A DNA stretch of 64,000 nt from Dictyostelium discoideum (taxonomy: Eukaryota), in contig CM000154.2 of the NCBI GenBank assembly GCA_000004695.1, positions 4,544,001 to 4,608,000 on the forward strand, given 5' to 3'. Both the position numbers and the translations under genes were made by a program. Under the pieces are notes generated by a model, which ran no database searches, was not told the origin of the DNA, and worked only from the letters and a program-made list of their open reading frames with translations. Below are positions 46,906-63,555 of the stretch, in pieces. Each line of letters begins with the position of its first letter. Position 1 is the first letter of the stretch.

Positions 46906-48292
46906 TTATGATATTAGTATTTTAAAAGACTTTTTTTCTCTTGACAAAAATCTACCAATTGTTGAGCCTAATGAAAAACCAATTCCTTTAAATAATTTTA
47001 ATCTTTTTTCTCTTTCTTCTTTTGTAAATACACTATTTGGATCATCTTTAAAAAATTCATCAACCTATTTTTTTTTTTATAAAGGTTTCTATTAATAAAT
47101 AAAAAAAAAATAAAAAAAAAAATTTCCCAAATAAATAAATAAATAAATAAATTTAAATTATAATTATAATTACTTTTTCATGATTTAAAATTGATTTAAA
47201 ATCAAATTTATCACATAAATGAGAATGATGATGATGATAATCTTGATTTGAATTTATTTTAGTTAAACAATAGAAAACGATTGGTGAAATATCAAAAAAT
47301 AATTTTGCAATGAATTTACTATATTCAGATTTATTTGAATGATTATGATTATTTTGATGATAAATTATAAATTCAATTGAAACCAGTACCCTAACCAACT
47401 CATTTTCCGAATTTATATATTTAAATATTTCATTCATTTCATCGAATGGTATTTTCTGATGAGTGTAATCTTTGAATCCCATAGATTGTAATTTTTCAAT
47501 TGTTAAATATTCTTTTAAATTATTAATATCATTTAATAATATAAAATTAATTAACTTCTTTCTATTATTAATATATTTTAAATCTGATAATGCATGAATT
47601 TTTTCAAATTCTTTATTTAAATCGTAATAGTAATCTCTATTATATGAAAATTTATTAAATATAATATCAATTAAATTTTCAATCTCTTGTATTTTTTTTT
47701 TATAATTATGGTGACTATTACTATATCTATAATTATTATTTTCACTATGACTACGACTATGATGATGATGATGATGGTGATGATGACCTCTACTACTACC
47801 ACTAGTACTATGACTATGGTGATGGTGATTAGTGATATCATTTGAATTTGAATTTGTAATTGTACTATTAGAACTATTATTAATGCCATCAGTGGTGTCA
47901 CAACTATTACATATACTATTACTATTATTACTATTATAATTATTATTATTATTATTATTATTAATATTATTATTAATATTATTTAATTGAGAAAGATTCT
48001 CATTTACACTTCCACCACCACCAATACTACCACTACCAGTGCAAGCATTATCACAGTCTTGATTTGTATTATTGTTGTTTGGATGGTTTAAACCATCATC
48101 ATTATTAAAAAGATTTAAATCTAATTTTGATAAATTTTCATTTACTTTTTTAAAATCAAAATTAAAGTAATCTTCTTCATTTTCTATAAAACTATTATTA
48201 CCACCATCAGATGATGAAATTGATAATGGTGGTAATTCATCATTTGAAAAAACTTTTTTCCAGTTTTCTTGGAAATTTATATTATTTGTCAT
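46906..48292 (-). CDS. Hypothetical Asn/His-rich protein. Exons 48292..47174 and 47064..46906.
   Basis: A 379-aa ORF with poly-His and poly-Asn runs. Donor AAA|GTAATT at 47173, acceptor AAATAG| at 47065. The joined frame continues VDEFFKDDPNSVFTKEEREKRLKLFKGIGFSLGSTIGRFLSREKKSFKILIS*. No domain recognised. Confidence 0.45.
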
Positions 48293-48467
48293 TTTAATTA
48301 ATTAATTATTTTATTTTAAAAAAAAATAAAATAAAAAATAAAAAAAATAAAAAAAAAGTATATTAAAAAGATATTATTTTTAATAATTATTTGATTTTTA
48401 TTAATATATTTATATTTCTTAAAAAAAAGTTTTTTTATTTTTTAATGTTTAAATAAATTTTTCTAAA

Positions 48468-48501
<34 letters not shown>

Positions 48502-49056
48502 ATCGTGAAATTTATACTAATTCTACAAATATCAAAATGTTTTTTTTTTTTTTGTTTTTTTTTTTTTTCTTTATTTTTGTTTATTTTTTTTATTTTTTTT
48601 TATTTTTTGTTAATTGGGGTGGGTCTGTTGTTTATCAATTTTTAATCATTATAGCGCGATAATGAATTTTCGATTATTTGTTGGAAAAAAAAAAAAAAAG
48701 TAATGATTACGTTGAGGCATAACATTAACGTAAGATTGGTAAATTGGATTTGATTTTAAGATCTTGAGAATTGGACTGCAGGTGAATTGGAGATGAGTGA
48801 AAGTTGATATTTAAAAAAAAAAAAAAAAAAAGCAGTGTTGTGATATATATAAAAAAAAAAAAAAAAAAAAAAAAAAGGAAAAACAGTGTTGTGAGATGAT
48901 AAAAAAAAATAAAAAAAAAGAGTGTAAAGGAATCAAATCTATTAATTGTGTGTGTATGTATTTTTTCTATATTATATAATTGATATATTTGTTGAAAAGG
49001 AGTGTGATCTGATGTGTAGATCTATACATATATATGTGTTGTATATTAATGTATTA

Positions 49057-49599
49057 TTAATTAATAGTTCTAAATAAATTTACATATTGATAAGAGGTAT
49101 GAAGATCTGAATAACTTTTTGGTAAAGTTGGATAAGCACTAAAATCAAAACTTGTTTGAATTGGTTCAGGGAATGGACCTAAATTTCCATTAATGAATTC
49201 AGATAATAACTTTGTACAATTGAAAGGAGAGGTAACGGGTGTTGAGCAAGCTGTATATTCCACTTCTACCAGTATACCTCTAATCTCAGTTCTGAATACA
49301 ATAGGACCAACTCTAATAATGAAATCACCCAATTCATATTTGCTTATTAATGCTTCAGTGGTTTGCCTCTTTTTATAGGAATTGGTTTTCTCTAGAATTG
49401 ATACCATCTCTCTATCAGTTTCGACGATTGTATCCCTGCAAACTGTAAAACATTTCTTTGGCTTTTCATCATACAATAGTAAATGAAATTCTCTTGGTAT
49501 TAAATTTGATCCATCTGGTACTCTCTCTAAATATAATGAACAATTAATTGTACCTGTTGATACTTTTATTCCTCCTAAAAATTCTATCCTTTTTGTCAT
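49057..49599 (-). CDS. med20: Mediator of RNA polymerase II transcription subunit 20 (MED20/TRFP-like).
   Basis: A 180-aa single-exon ORF. Its C-terminal half is collinear with MED20: [54 protein letters not shown] ... [11 protein letters not shown], against the human [28 protein letters not shown]...LLLEFLQSFLG...MVQYMELFNKI. Confidence 0.6.
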   Translation of the reverse strand: MTKRIEFLGGIKVSTGTINCSLYLERVPDGSNLIPREFHLLLYDEKPKKCFTVCRDTIVETDREMVSILEKTNSYKKRQTTEALISKYELGDFIIRVGPIVFRTEIRGILVEVEYTACSTPVTSPFNCTKLLSEFINGNLGPFPEPIQTSFDFSAYPTLPKSYSDLHTSYQYVNLFRTIN

Positions 49600-50694
49600 T
49601 TCTGGTAATTGACCTTTAAATGAGAATATACTTTTTTTTTTTTTTTAGTTTTGAATAAATAAATAAAAAAAAATAATAATTAAAAAACAAATAAAAACAA
49701 ATAAAAAATATATAATGATTTAAAATTTTAAAATTAATTAACTTTTTATTTTATTCTATTTTTTTTATTTTTTTAAGGAAATTTACCATTTATATCCCAT
49801 TTTTCTTAATTTATATTATTTTTTTTTTTTTTTTTTCTTATTTTAAATATAAGTGAATATGACTATAAATATATGTTTTATAAAAATAATTATGTTCAAA
49901 AAAAAAAAAAATAAAAAAAAAAAAAAAAAAAAAAAATTTAAAAATAAAAAAATAAAAAAAAAATTTAAAAAAAAAAAAAAAAAAATGTTTTTTTGGTGTG
50001 TTGAATCTTAATTAAAAATTAATATGCGGAGATAATGCCTAAATCAAAATCTCGTATGTTAATAAAAATTGGAATTTTGATTGATAGAGGAAAAAAAATT
50101 AAAAAAAAAAAAAAAAAAAAGGTTTTTTGTAAAAAACCATTCTATTAACTATGAATAGAGTAAAAAAATAATTTTATTTTATTTATTTATTAAATTTTAA
50201 AAAAAAAAAATTTTTTAAACCATATTAACTATTTGGGTTCGACAAAACCCAAACTTTTTCTTTTTTTTTTTTTTTTTTTTTCTTTTTTTTTTTAGGTTCC
50301 AGTTTTCGATTAAAAAAAAAAAAAAATTTTAATAATTTAATATATATATATTATTTTTTTTTTTTTTTTTCCATAAATAATATTATTTTAACATTATTTT
50401 TATAATACTCTCAGTTTAATAAAGCACACTTTTCAATCATTTTTAAAAAATAAAATTAAAAAAAATTAAAAAAAATAAAATAAAAAAAAAAAAATAAAAA
50501 ATAAAAAAAAAATTGGAAAAAAAAAAATTTTAAAAAAAAATTTTAAAATAAAATAAATTAAAATAAAAATAAAACAGTAAATAAAACAAATAGTAATAAT
50601 CAATATACAAAAAAATATAAAAAAAATCAAATATAAAACGTGGAAAAAAAAAAAAAAAATAAAATAATAATAAAATAAAATAAAAAAAAAGAAA

Positions 50695-50726
<32 letters not shown>

Positions 50727-51211
50727 AAAAAAAAAGGAAATTTTTTTTTTTTTTTTTTAAATTTTGGAAAAAAAAAAAAAAAAAAAAATTTTTTTTCATA
50801 AAAACCTTGAGGGTGGGGTTTTTGGGGGCCATATAAATAAATTTTTTAAAAAAAGGGGGGACCCGAAAATATCATAATCGCCCTTTTTATATATACCCAT
50901 ACCCCTACATTGATTCATACATACATCATACTTATACACATGCACACACATGCACCACATACACACATTGTTCACATACCGAAAAAAACAATAATAATAA
51001 AAAAAAAAAAAAAAATCAAATAAAATAAAAAAAAAAAAAAAAAAAAAAAAAAATCAATTCAAATTTGTTCGCTGTGAATCACATACAATAAATTTTTTTT
51101 TTTTTTTTTTAGGATACACAATACTAACCTCACTTCTTTTTTTCTAAAAATAATAATAAAATATTAAACGTTAAATAAAATAAAAACTACAATTATTACA
51201 ACACTTTACAG

Positions 51212-51567
51212 AGATGTTTTTAAAATTTTATTAATTGGTGATTCAGCAGTTGGAAAAACATCGTTATTATTAAGATTTGCAGTATGTATCTATTTTAAAG
51301 CATGAAAAAAATAAAAATAAAAATAAAAAAAATAAAATAAAATTCATGGTCAAATGGATTTAAAAAAAAAAAAAAAATATAAATATTAAATATCTTTTTT
51401 TTTTTTTAAAAAAAAAAAACTCAATTCATATATAGGATAACTCTTTTCAAGAGACTTCAGTAAATATGACTAGTGTCGATTATGTAAGTTTAGTTATCCA
51501 CTCTCAAATATTGTATTCTTCTTTCTTTCTCTCAAAAAAAAAAAAAAAATAAAAAAATAAAAAAATT

Positions 51568-51607
<40 letters not shown>

Positions 51608-52123
51608 CTTCCGCTCCTTAGCCAACGCTAACTTTTTTTTTTTTTTTTTTTTTTTTAGAAAAATAAAAATATAGTTATTGATGGTAGAACATTTAATTTA
51701 CAAATTTGGGATACAGCAGGACAAGAAAGATTTAGAACAATTACATCATCTTTTTATAGAGGAGCACATGGCGTTTTAGTTTGTTATGACGTAACAGATC
51801 AACTTACATATAATAACGTTAGATTATGGATGCAAGAAATTCAAAGATATGCAGTACTTGGCGTTAGTAGAGTTTTAGTTGGAAACAAATGCGATCTCGA
51901 AGATAGAAAATTGGTAAACACATCAATTGCAAGAGAATATGCCGATAGTCTTGGTATTCCATTCATGGAAGCTTCTGCTGCAACTGGTGTTAATGTTGAA
52001 GAGGCTTTCATGGCAATGGCAAATGAAATTTATAGAAATCATATGGGTGGTTCAAAACCTTCTGTTGTAAACCCAGGAAGTGGAGGTACCAGTAACACTG
52101 GTGGTAAAAAAAAATTTTGTTAA
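51212..52123 (+). CDS. Rab1-like small GTPase. Exons (>=51212)..51281, 51436..51483 and 51659..52123. The initiating exon is unresolved.
   Basis: P-loop [20 protein letters not shown] |GTATGT; [16 protein letters not shown] |GTAAGT; [47 protein letters not shown]...[12 protein letters not shown]...[22 protein letters not shown]... All five G boxes are intact. The ATG at 51214 is out of frame with the P-loop exon (it reads MFLKFY*). The P-loop frame is opened by an acceptor, TTTACAG|, at 51210/51211. So a short upstream start exon probably exists, and I could not place it. The C-terminus is ...GGKKKFC*, which ends in a single Cys rather than CC or CXC. Confidence 0.75.
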
Positions 52124-52635
52124 TAAAAAAAAAAAAAAAAAAAAAAAAAAACTAAATCAAATCAAACCAAACCAAACCAAACCAAACTAAATAACAACAA
52201 TCACAACCAACATACAATCAATAACACTCATAATAAAATGCAATATTAATAATCCTAAAAATAAAAATAAAAAAATAACACCATTTCACTTCGCTGGACC
52301 ACTTGGTTGATTGAAAAAAAAAAAAGAAAAAAAAAAAAAAAAAAGGAAAAAAAAAAAAAAAAACCTTTTACACAACTAAAAAAATAATACCAAAATTTAA
52401 AAAAAAAGGGGATAAAAAAAGCGCCGGGTTTTGGCCAATGGTTTAAAAAGTTTTATATAATGGCACCATCAAAAATTAAAAATTAAAAAAAAAAAAATTA
52501 AATTGTAAAATTTTACCTTAAAAAAAAAAAAAAAAAAAAATCTAAATCTATTTTTAAACATTTTTTTAAAACTATTTTTAACTTTTTTTATTTTTAATTT
52601 ATTTAATTTATTTAATTTTTTTTTTTAAAAATTTA

Positions 52636-54288
52636 TTAATGCATTAATTGACCACAATTATAAATATCTTGAATTAAAGTTGATTTTTGTAATGGTTTAC
52701 GAATATCATTTTCAAAGTTAACATCAACTCTAATTAATTTTCTAACAGTATTATTTTCATGAAGGATGGCACCTAAAGTTTTCCAAGTCATTTTTGGAAT
52801 GTTATATTTCTCTCTAATGTCATAGAGTATTTCATCTTCGGTACGATTGGCATACCAAATGTTAACACGATTCCATGCATGTTGACCCTCCTTACCTTTG
52901 TAATTCATTGCCTCTGGTAACTCTATGAAAGTGGTACGTGATGATATTAAATGATTGGATAGAGTATCTTCGAAATGTTGTTGAGTTTTCATATCGAACC
53001 AATGGAAAATTGATAAACAAAATTGGTACTCGTAGAGATGATTGTATTGTTGTGTCAATTGTTCAAACATTGATGGAAGTATACGAGTTTTGCATAGATA
53101 GTTATTGGTTAGGCCTAATTCATTGATTTTACTCTCGTGTATTGATGCGGCTGATTTATATTCGTTCATAGCTTCACCTTCAAAACTAAACACTGTTGCC
53201 TCTGGGAATTTCTGTGCCAATTGAATTGAAAAGAAACCTTGATTAGATCCATAATCAGCCATTTTACTACCTTCAACTTGTCTATTATCTAAATTTAATT
53301 CCCTTTCAATCATTCTCCATCTTGGTAAATTACGATATGGATGATATCCTTCAATCTTTTCACCTGGTATCTCTAATGCTCCAATCGACTCCAAATCACT
53401 CTTTGCATTCTTAAATAATATTTTCTCACTATCTCTCTTTGATTTTTGTACTTTTAATGGTGTTTGTGCTCCAACAAATATTAAATCAAATTCACTTTTT
53501 TTTTTTTTAAAAAAATAAAAAAAAAATATTAATTAGTATTAAATTTTATTATTATTATTATTATTATTGTTATTTATCTATTTATTTTTTACTTACGGTG
53601 GGAAAACAGTTTGAAAAATATATTGTGATCTTAAAACATGGAAATCAGATGTAACAATGAATAATCTTTGAACACCAATTTTTTGAAGATAGTTTAAAGT
53701 GAAACGTGCATTTTCAGCAGTATTGGATGAATTGTTTTCAATCAAGATGTCAAATGGTGAGACGTCATTTTGTAGAGCTATTTCATTCATTGCCTCAGCT
53801 TCTGAATTGAATGCTTTATCTGGATCACTTTGTTCTTCTTTACCTTTACCTGATAGAATTAATTTGGTTTTACCACCTTCAACATCATTCAATTTGGTAT
53901 AGTATTCACATGCCAATACAACACGCTCTTTTAAAATTTGTGTTGGCATACCATCTGAATGTAATGAATATCCTAATACAACAATTGCTGAATCATATTG
54001 TGTTACATTATCAATTTCACATGTACTTTGTTCTTCACTACATTGTTGAATTGTATTTTTATTAATTTTAATATTTTTATTATTGATATTATTATTGGCA
54101 TTATTATTATTATTGGCGTTATTATTATTATTATTATTATTATTATTGTTTTCAATATTCGATTTAAATGATACAAATGAAAGTAAATAAATTACTAGTA
54201 CTACTACAATTAAAATTCTAATTTTATTTTTGCTTGCGAATGCTGACACATTTTCAAATGTGTTTGACTGTTTTCTGTTATAAAACAT
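52636..54288 (-). CDS. Two-exon gene that fuses a DUF218 (YdcF/SanA/ElyC-like) domain to a class I SAM methyltransferase-like (FkbM-like motif I) domain. Exons 54288..53597 and 53494..52636. About 516 aa.
   Basis: - Exon 1: an N-terminal transmembrane helix (ILIVVVLVIYLLSFVSF), a poly-Asn linker, then DUF218: DSAIVVLGYSLHSDGMPTQILKERVVLACEYY...KLILSGKGKEE...SEAEAMNEIAL...ILIENNSSNTAENARFTLNYL...RLFIVTSDFHVLRSQYIF.
- Intron: donor CC|GTAAGT, acceptor AAAAAG|T (102 bp).
- Exon 2 is in phase: ...EFDLIFVGAQ...IPGEKIEGYHPYRNLPRWRMIERELNLDNRQVEGSKMADYGSNQGFFSIQLAQKFPEATVFSFEGE.... This gives motif I as DYGSNQGFFS, an acidic post-I residue, and LSIFHWFD as motif II-like. Confidence 0.65.
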
Positions 54289-54847
54289 TTTTTTTTTTTT
54301 TTTTTTTTTTTTTCTTTCTTTTTTTAATTTAAAAGAAAATTTAGATCTTTTCTTTTTTTATCTAATAATTATAATGATTTATTATTGGAAATAATTATAA
54401 AATAAATAAATAAAAAATAGGTGATAGTATGAAAAAAAAAAATGAAAAAAACAAATAAAAAAAAAGTTTTGTGTTTTGGTTGATAGATAATTTCCCAAAT
54501 AGATATAATAAATGGAAAAACGTCAATGAAAATTAAAAAAAAAAAAAAAACTAAAATTATAAAAAAAAACAAAATCAAAATTTTTTTTTATTTTTTTTTT
54601 ATTTTTTTTTTATTTTTTTAATTTTTTTTTTTTTTTTTTTTTAAAAACGTCCTTTACTTTTCCATTGAACAATATGGGTACGTTAATATTTTTAATAATT
54701 AAATTCACATACACACACAATTTTTATTTTTATTATTAATTTATTTTTATTTTTATTTTTTTTCTATTTTTTTATTTTTAAAAATAATATAGACAATAAA
54801 AATAATAAAAATAATAATTACTTAAAATTAAATCATGATCAAATAAA

Positions 54848-54878
<31 letters not shown>

Positions 54879-55252
54879 AATAGTAAATAAATTTAGTTTT
54901 AAATAAATTCCAAATAGGGATGAAAAATTAAAAATAAAAAAAAAAAACAATTGAAGATAATGACAACAAATATCCATTTTTTTAAAAATAAAAATTTACC
55001 TCCAATTTTCAAATTTTTTTTTTTTTTTTTTTATTTTTATTTTTTTTTTATTTTTATTTTTTATTTTTTATTTTTTTTTCTTTATTAAACACATTTTTTT
55101 TATTTTATTTTTTCTTTTTTTATTTTTTTCTTTTTCCACTATCCCATTTGTTTTATTTCATTTTATTTTATTTTGTTTTATTTTTTTTTTTATTTTTATT
55201 TTTAAATGATACAACTAATACTTTGCAAATAGTATTAATATACTAAGAAACC

Positions 55253-55294
<42 letters not shown>

Positions 55295-55307
55295 GGCAAA
55301 AGGGTTA

Positions 55308-55308
<1 letters not shown>

Positions 55309-55405
<97 letters not shown>

Positions 55406-55413
55406 TAATAATA

Positions 55414-55466
<53 letters not shown>

Positions 55467-55467
55467 T
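55309..55467. repeat. (AAT)n microsatellite of about 50 units, immediately 5' of the Myb-repeat gene.
   Basis: A near-perfect run with two interruptions (AAAAAT, AGT). Confidence 0.95.
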
Positions 55468-55541
55468 TTTTAAATAACTATGGTTTTGAAAATAATCTAT
55501 TGATAAATGATGAACCGACCACGCCTTTAAACTTTTTTGAT

Positions 55542-59525
<3,984 letters not shown>

Positions 59526-59658
59526 AAACAAAAAAAAAAAAAAAAACAAATAAAAAATTTAAAACCTTTTTTTTTTTTTTTTTTTATTGGATTGATTATT
59601 GACCTACAATATAAACGCAACTCGTCTTTTATTTTATTAATTAAATTCTTAACACTAA

Positions 59659-59944
59659 TTAATAACTACAATTAGAGACATCTACACACCAACAAAATCT
59701 AATTTTTTTATTTCTTATTTCTTGTTGTCTAAAAACAACAGGATCACTTATAATATTTCCTTTATAAAATTGAAGTGCCAATCCAATACCTCTTATAAAT
59801 GATTCTTGAATATTTATTGATTCTTTAGCTGACGTTTCAAAATAATGAATCCTACAAAAATAAGGATTGCTATAATTCCCATTATTAATTTTGTCTTGTT
59901 GTTTTCTACACCATTCATCAATTTTTTCTTTTGAAATAATTTCA

Positions 59945-60025
<81 letters not shown>

Positions 60026-60586
60026 TTATTTTTATTATTTATTAAATCTATTTTATTTCCCAAGATAATTATTGGAACATTTACATAATTTGATGATAAT
60101 AAGAAATCATTTAACCATTTTTCAAGATTTTCAAATGATGTTAAATTATTTAAATCAAAACATAAAAAACAACAATGAGCACCTCTATAAAATATATTTA
60201 AAGGATAATTTATATTATTCATTTTATTTGGAATATCCCAGATCTATATTTTAATATATACATTTAAATATTTTTAATTAATAATATTTGTTTTTGTTAT
60301 TAAATTGTTAAAAAAAAAAAAAAAAAAAAAAAATACAAACATTTAATATTATATGTTGACGTTTGAAATCAATTTCTTTTTGGTGTAAATAGTCCATTGG
60401 AGTTTTATTTTCATATTTTTTCCCTAAAAAACTTTTAATAATAGAACTCTTTCCAACTCCAGAGTCTCCACCTACAAAAATCTAATTAAATTATTTATTG
60501 TTAGTATTTCAAGGTAATTTTTTTAAAAAAAAAAATAATAATAATAACAGTTTGGCAACCTTTAAATTTATTTTTTTTTCATCCAT
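59659..60586 (-). CDS. Divergent Rab-like small GTPase. Exons 60586..60560, 60481..60341 and 60243..59659. The G3 box is degenerate (WDIPN instead of WDTAGQ). There is a poly-Asn insertion and no C-terminal CC/CXC.
   Basis: - Exon 1: MDEKKINLK, donor |GTTGCC. This follows the M-x-x-K-x-x-L-K|GT first-exon pattern of the three paralogs downstream.
- Exon 2: IFVGGDSGVGKSSIIKSFLGKKYENKTPMDYLHQKEIDFKRQHIILN.
- Exon 3: IWDIPNKMNNINYPLNIFYRGAHCCFLCFDLNNLTSFENLEKWLNDFL...VPIIILGNKIDL-(N)n-...YFETSAKESINIQESF...CVDVSNCSY*.
- G1, G4 and G5 are intact. The catalytic Gln and Gly of G3 are missing. Confidence 0.6.
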
Positions 60587-60999
60587 TATTTAATAGCTTT
60601 AAAAATATTTTATTCAATTGTTAGTTATTAAAATATTTTTTCTTTTTTTTTTTAAATTATTTATAAAAAAAAAAAAAAAAAAAAGAGATCAGGTTTCTCT
60701 GGTGTGAAAATCTCCAAAAAAAAAATAAAAAATGAAAATAAGAAAATTAAATAACTGGCATTAAAATAAAGCAATTTTCATTTCCCAAATGAGTTACTTT
60801 ATTAATTTTTGATAATTTTTAATTTTATTGTGAGAAGTATTATTAATATTGATATTAATGGACCAAATTTTTATTTTATACTTTTATTTTTGAATTTATT
60901 TAATTACTATTCATTACTATTAATTAAAAATTCGAGTGATTTACAATATCTTCTAATTATGGTTTATTTTTTTATTTTATTTTTTTTATTTTTTTTTTT

Positions 61000-61789
61000 C
61001 TAACAACAATATCCAGGTTTTACTTCTTGAAGTGAATCAATTGCAGGTGTGGTTATTGGTGGTTTTTGATTTTTATTATAATGTTCCAAAGCTAATTTAA
61101 GAGCAGCATTATATGATTCTGTAATATTTTGAGAAAACTTTGCAGATGTTTCAAAATAATGAACTCTATCAATAATTCCTTGATCTTCAATATTTTTACA
61201 CCATTGTTCAATTCTTTCTTTTGATATTGATTTATCAGTTCTTGGAATATCTTTTTTTGTACCTATTAAAACAAATGGAACTTTTCCAATACAGAACTTT
61301 CTAGCTTCGTCCATCCATTTATCAAGATTTTTAAATGATTTTTCATTGTGAATATCAAAACAAAGTGTATAACAATTTGACCAACGATAATAAATTGGGC
61401 TTAGGCCATTAAAACGTTCTTGACTACAGGTATCCCAAACCTTGTCATTATCATAATTATTATTATTATTATTATTTATTCCATTTTTTTTTTTTTTTTA
61501 ACATGTTGTTATTTATTCGTTTTTATGAGTTACAAACTTACATTTAAAATGACAGGTTCATTTTCAATGGTTAGGGTCTTTGAATAAAAAGATGGTGAAA
61601 CTGTGCACTCATTAATTTCATATTTTCCAGTAACAAAATTATTAAATACAGATGTTTTGCCTACATAACTGTCTCCAAGAGTAATAATCTTAAAAAATTT
61701 AAAAATAAATAGTTTAATTTTATATATAAAAAAATTAGAAATTATAAAAACTAATTAAATTATAATACCTTTAAACTTTTTTTACTCAT
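61000..61789 (-). CDS. Rab-like small GTPase, tandem paralog 1. Exons 61789..61769, 61688..61542 and 61440..61000. 203 aa, ending CC.
   Basis: MSKKSLK |GTATTA; [49 protein letters not shown] |GTAAGT; [24 protein letters not shown]...[14 protein letters not shown]...[27 protein letters not shown]...PGYCC*. The G3 box reads DTCSQ (A to C, G to S) and keeps its Gln. The C-terminal CC is the site for geranylgeranylation. Confidence 0.75.
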
Positions 61790-62074
61790 TTTACCTTTCA
61801 ATAACTTTTAAAAAAAAAAATAAAAAAAAAAAAAATAAATTAAAAAAAAAAATTAAAAACTCGCAAGAGAACAAAGATCTCTATTTTTTTTTTTTTTTTT
61901 TTTTTTTTGTTTTTATAAATAGAATTTTTACAATAGTGGTGGGAATTAGACAAAACTTAATTTTTTATACATTTTCAGTTTTTTTTATTTTTTTTCAAAG
62001 ATAACTATCCAAAAAAATGAATGTGTATATTCATAAATTTTGAAAATAATTTAATAATTTTGAAATGATTAAAT

Positions 62075-62114
<40 letters not shown>

Positions 62115-62123
<9 letters not shown>

Positions 62124-62770
62124 TGTTCCAACTTTGACTTCTTCCGGCGGACCAATTGGACGAATAATTGAGATATATTTAACTATACTATAATGTTCCA
62201 AAGCTAGTTTTGCAGCAACATTATATAATTCTGTAACATTTTGAGAAAGTTTTGCAGATGTTTCAAAATAATGAACTTTATCTATAATTCCTTGATCTTC
62301 AATATTTTTACACCATTGTTCAATTCTTGCCTTTGATATTGATTTATCAGTTCTAGGAATATCACTTTTTGTACCTACTAAAACAAATGGAATATTTCCA
62401 TAGCAGTACTTTATAATTTCATCCATCCACTTTCCAAGATTAATAAATGATTCTTCATTGTGAATATCAAAACAAAGTGTATAACAATTTGCACCACGAA
62501 AATAAGGTGGACTAAATGCTTGAAAACGTTCTTGACCACAGGTATCCCAAACCTAATACAATATAATTTATAATTAATAAAACAGTTTTATTTTATTTTT
62601 TTGAATGAATTATACACTTACCATTAAAAACACATGTTTATTTTCAACCTTTAATTCCTTTATAAAATAGTCAGGTCCAATTGAGGGTGGCCTATTATAT
62701 CGATATTCTCCATTAACATAATGATAAAAGAGAGATGTTTTACCAACATTACTGTCTCCAAGAGTTATAA

Positions 62771-62810
<40 letters not shown>

Positions 62811-62894
62811 AGAAAAAAAAAAATTTCAATAAAATAAGAAATTAATATATAATATATTAATCAATACCTTTAACATTGTTTTTTCTTCTTTCAT
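62115..62894 (-). CDS. Rab-like small GTPase, tandem paralog 2. Exons 62894..62868, 62771..62622 and 62552..62115. 205 aa, ending CC.
   Basis: MKEEKTMLK |GTATTG; [50 protein letters not shown] |GTAAGT; [24 protein letters not shown]...[14 protein letters not shown]...[27 protein letters not shown]...VGTCC*. All three introns are in phase. Confidence 0.75.
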
Positions 62895-63179
62895 TTTTAA
62901 ATATTATATTATATATTAATGATTAAGTTTAATTTTTAAAAAAAAAAAAAAAAAAAGGGTTTAAATGATATTTTTTATTTTTAATTGTTGAGAGAGCCAA
63001 GATCTCTTTTTTTTATTTACAAAATTTAGAAAAAAATAAAAATCTGAAATATTTGGAATGTTGTTTGGATATTTCTATTATTTTTAAAAATAGAAAACAA
63101 CACCCATGAAAATCATAATTTGAACTTTTATTATTATTATTATTATTATTTATTTTTAAAATTCTACCACAACCCTAAT

Positions 63180-63518
63180 ATCCCATTCGATGATGCAGGG
63201 TGGAAATATTTATTGAATTTTTCTGTTTATTTTTACACCATTGTTCGATTCTTTCTTTTGAAATTGATTTTTCAGTTCTTTCAATATCACTTTTTGTACC
63301 TATTAAAACAAATGGAACTTTCTCATCAACTAATGTATTTGCTTCTAATTCTTTTATCCAATAAATAAGATTATTAAATGATTGTTCATTATGAATACCA
63401 AAACAAAGTACACAACAATCTACATCTCTATAATATATTTTACTATCACCGAATGCACTACCATGTGTATTCCATAACTTTTCATTTTTATTGATTTATT
63501 ATTATTACTATCCATTTT

Positions 63519-63555
<37 letters not shown>

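Noticed and set aside
50530-50832. 100-aa minus-strand ORF (poly-Phe/Lys), with the similar ORFs at 55243..55548, 54369..54578, 25006..25203, 30620..30949 and 41526..41732
   Set aside because: These are homopolymer A/T runs read in an open frame. They have no complexity and no start-codon context.
51214-51216. The ATG at 51214 as the Rab1-like start codon
   Set aside because: It is out of frame with the P-loop exon; read from this ATG the frame hits a stop after 6 codons (MFLKFY*). The conserved [14 protein letters not shown] frame begins one base earlier, behind an AG acceptor.
63120-63368. 82-aa plus-strand ORF
   Set aside because: It is antisense to the degenerate third Rab-like copy. 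The minus strand gives the recognisable GTPase G4 box (LIGTKSD), while the plus ORF is low-complexity.
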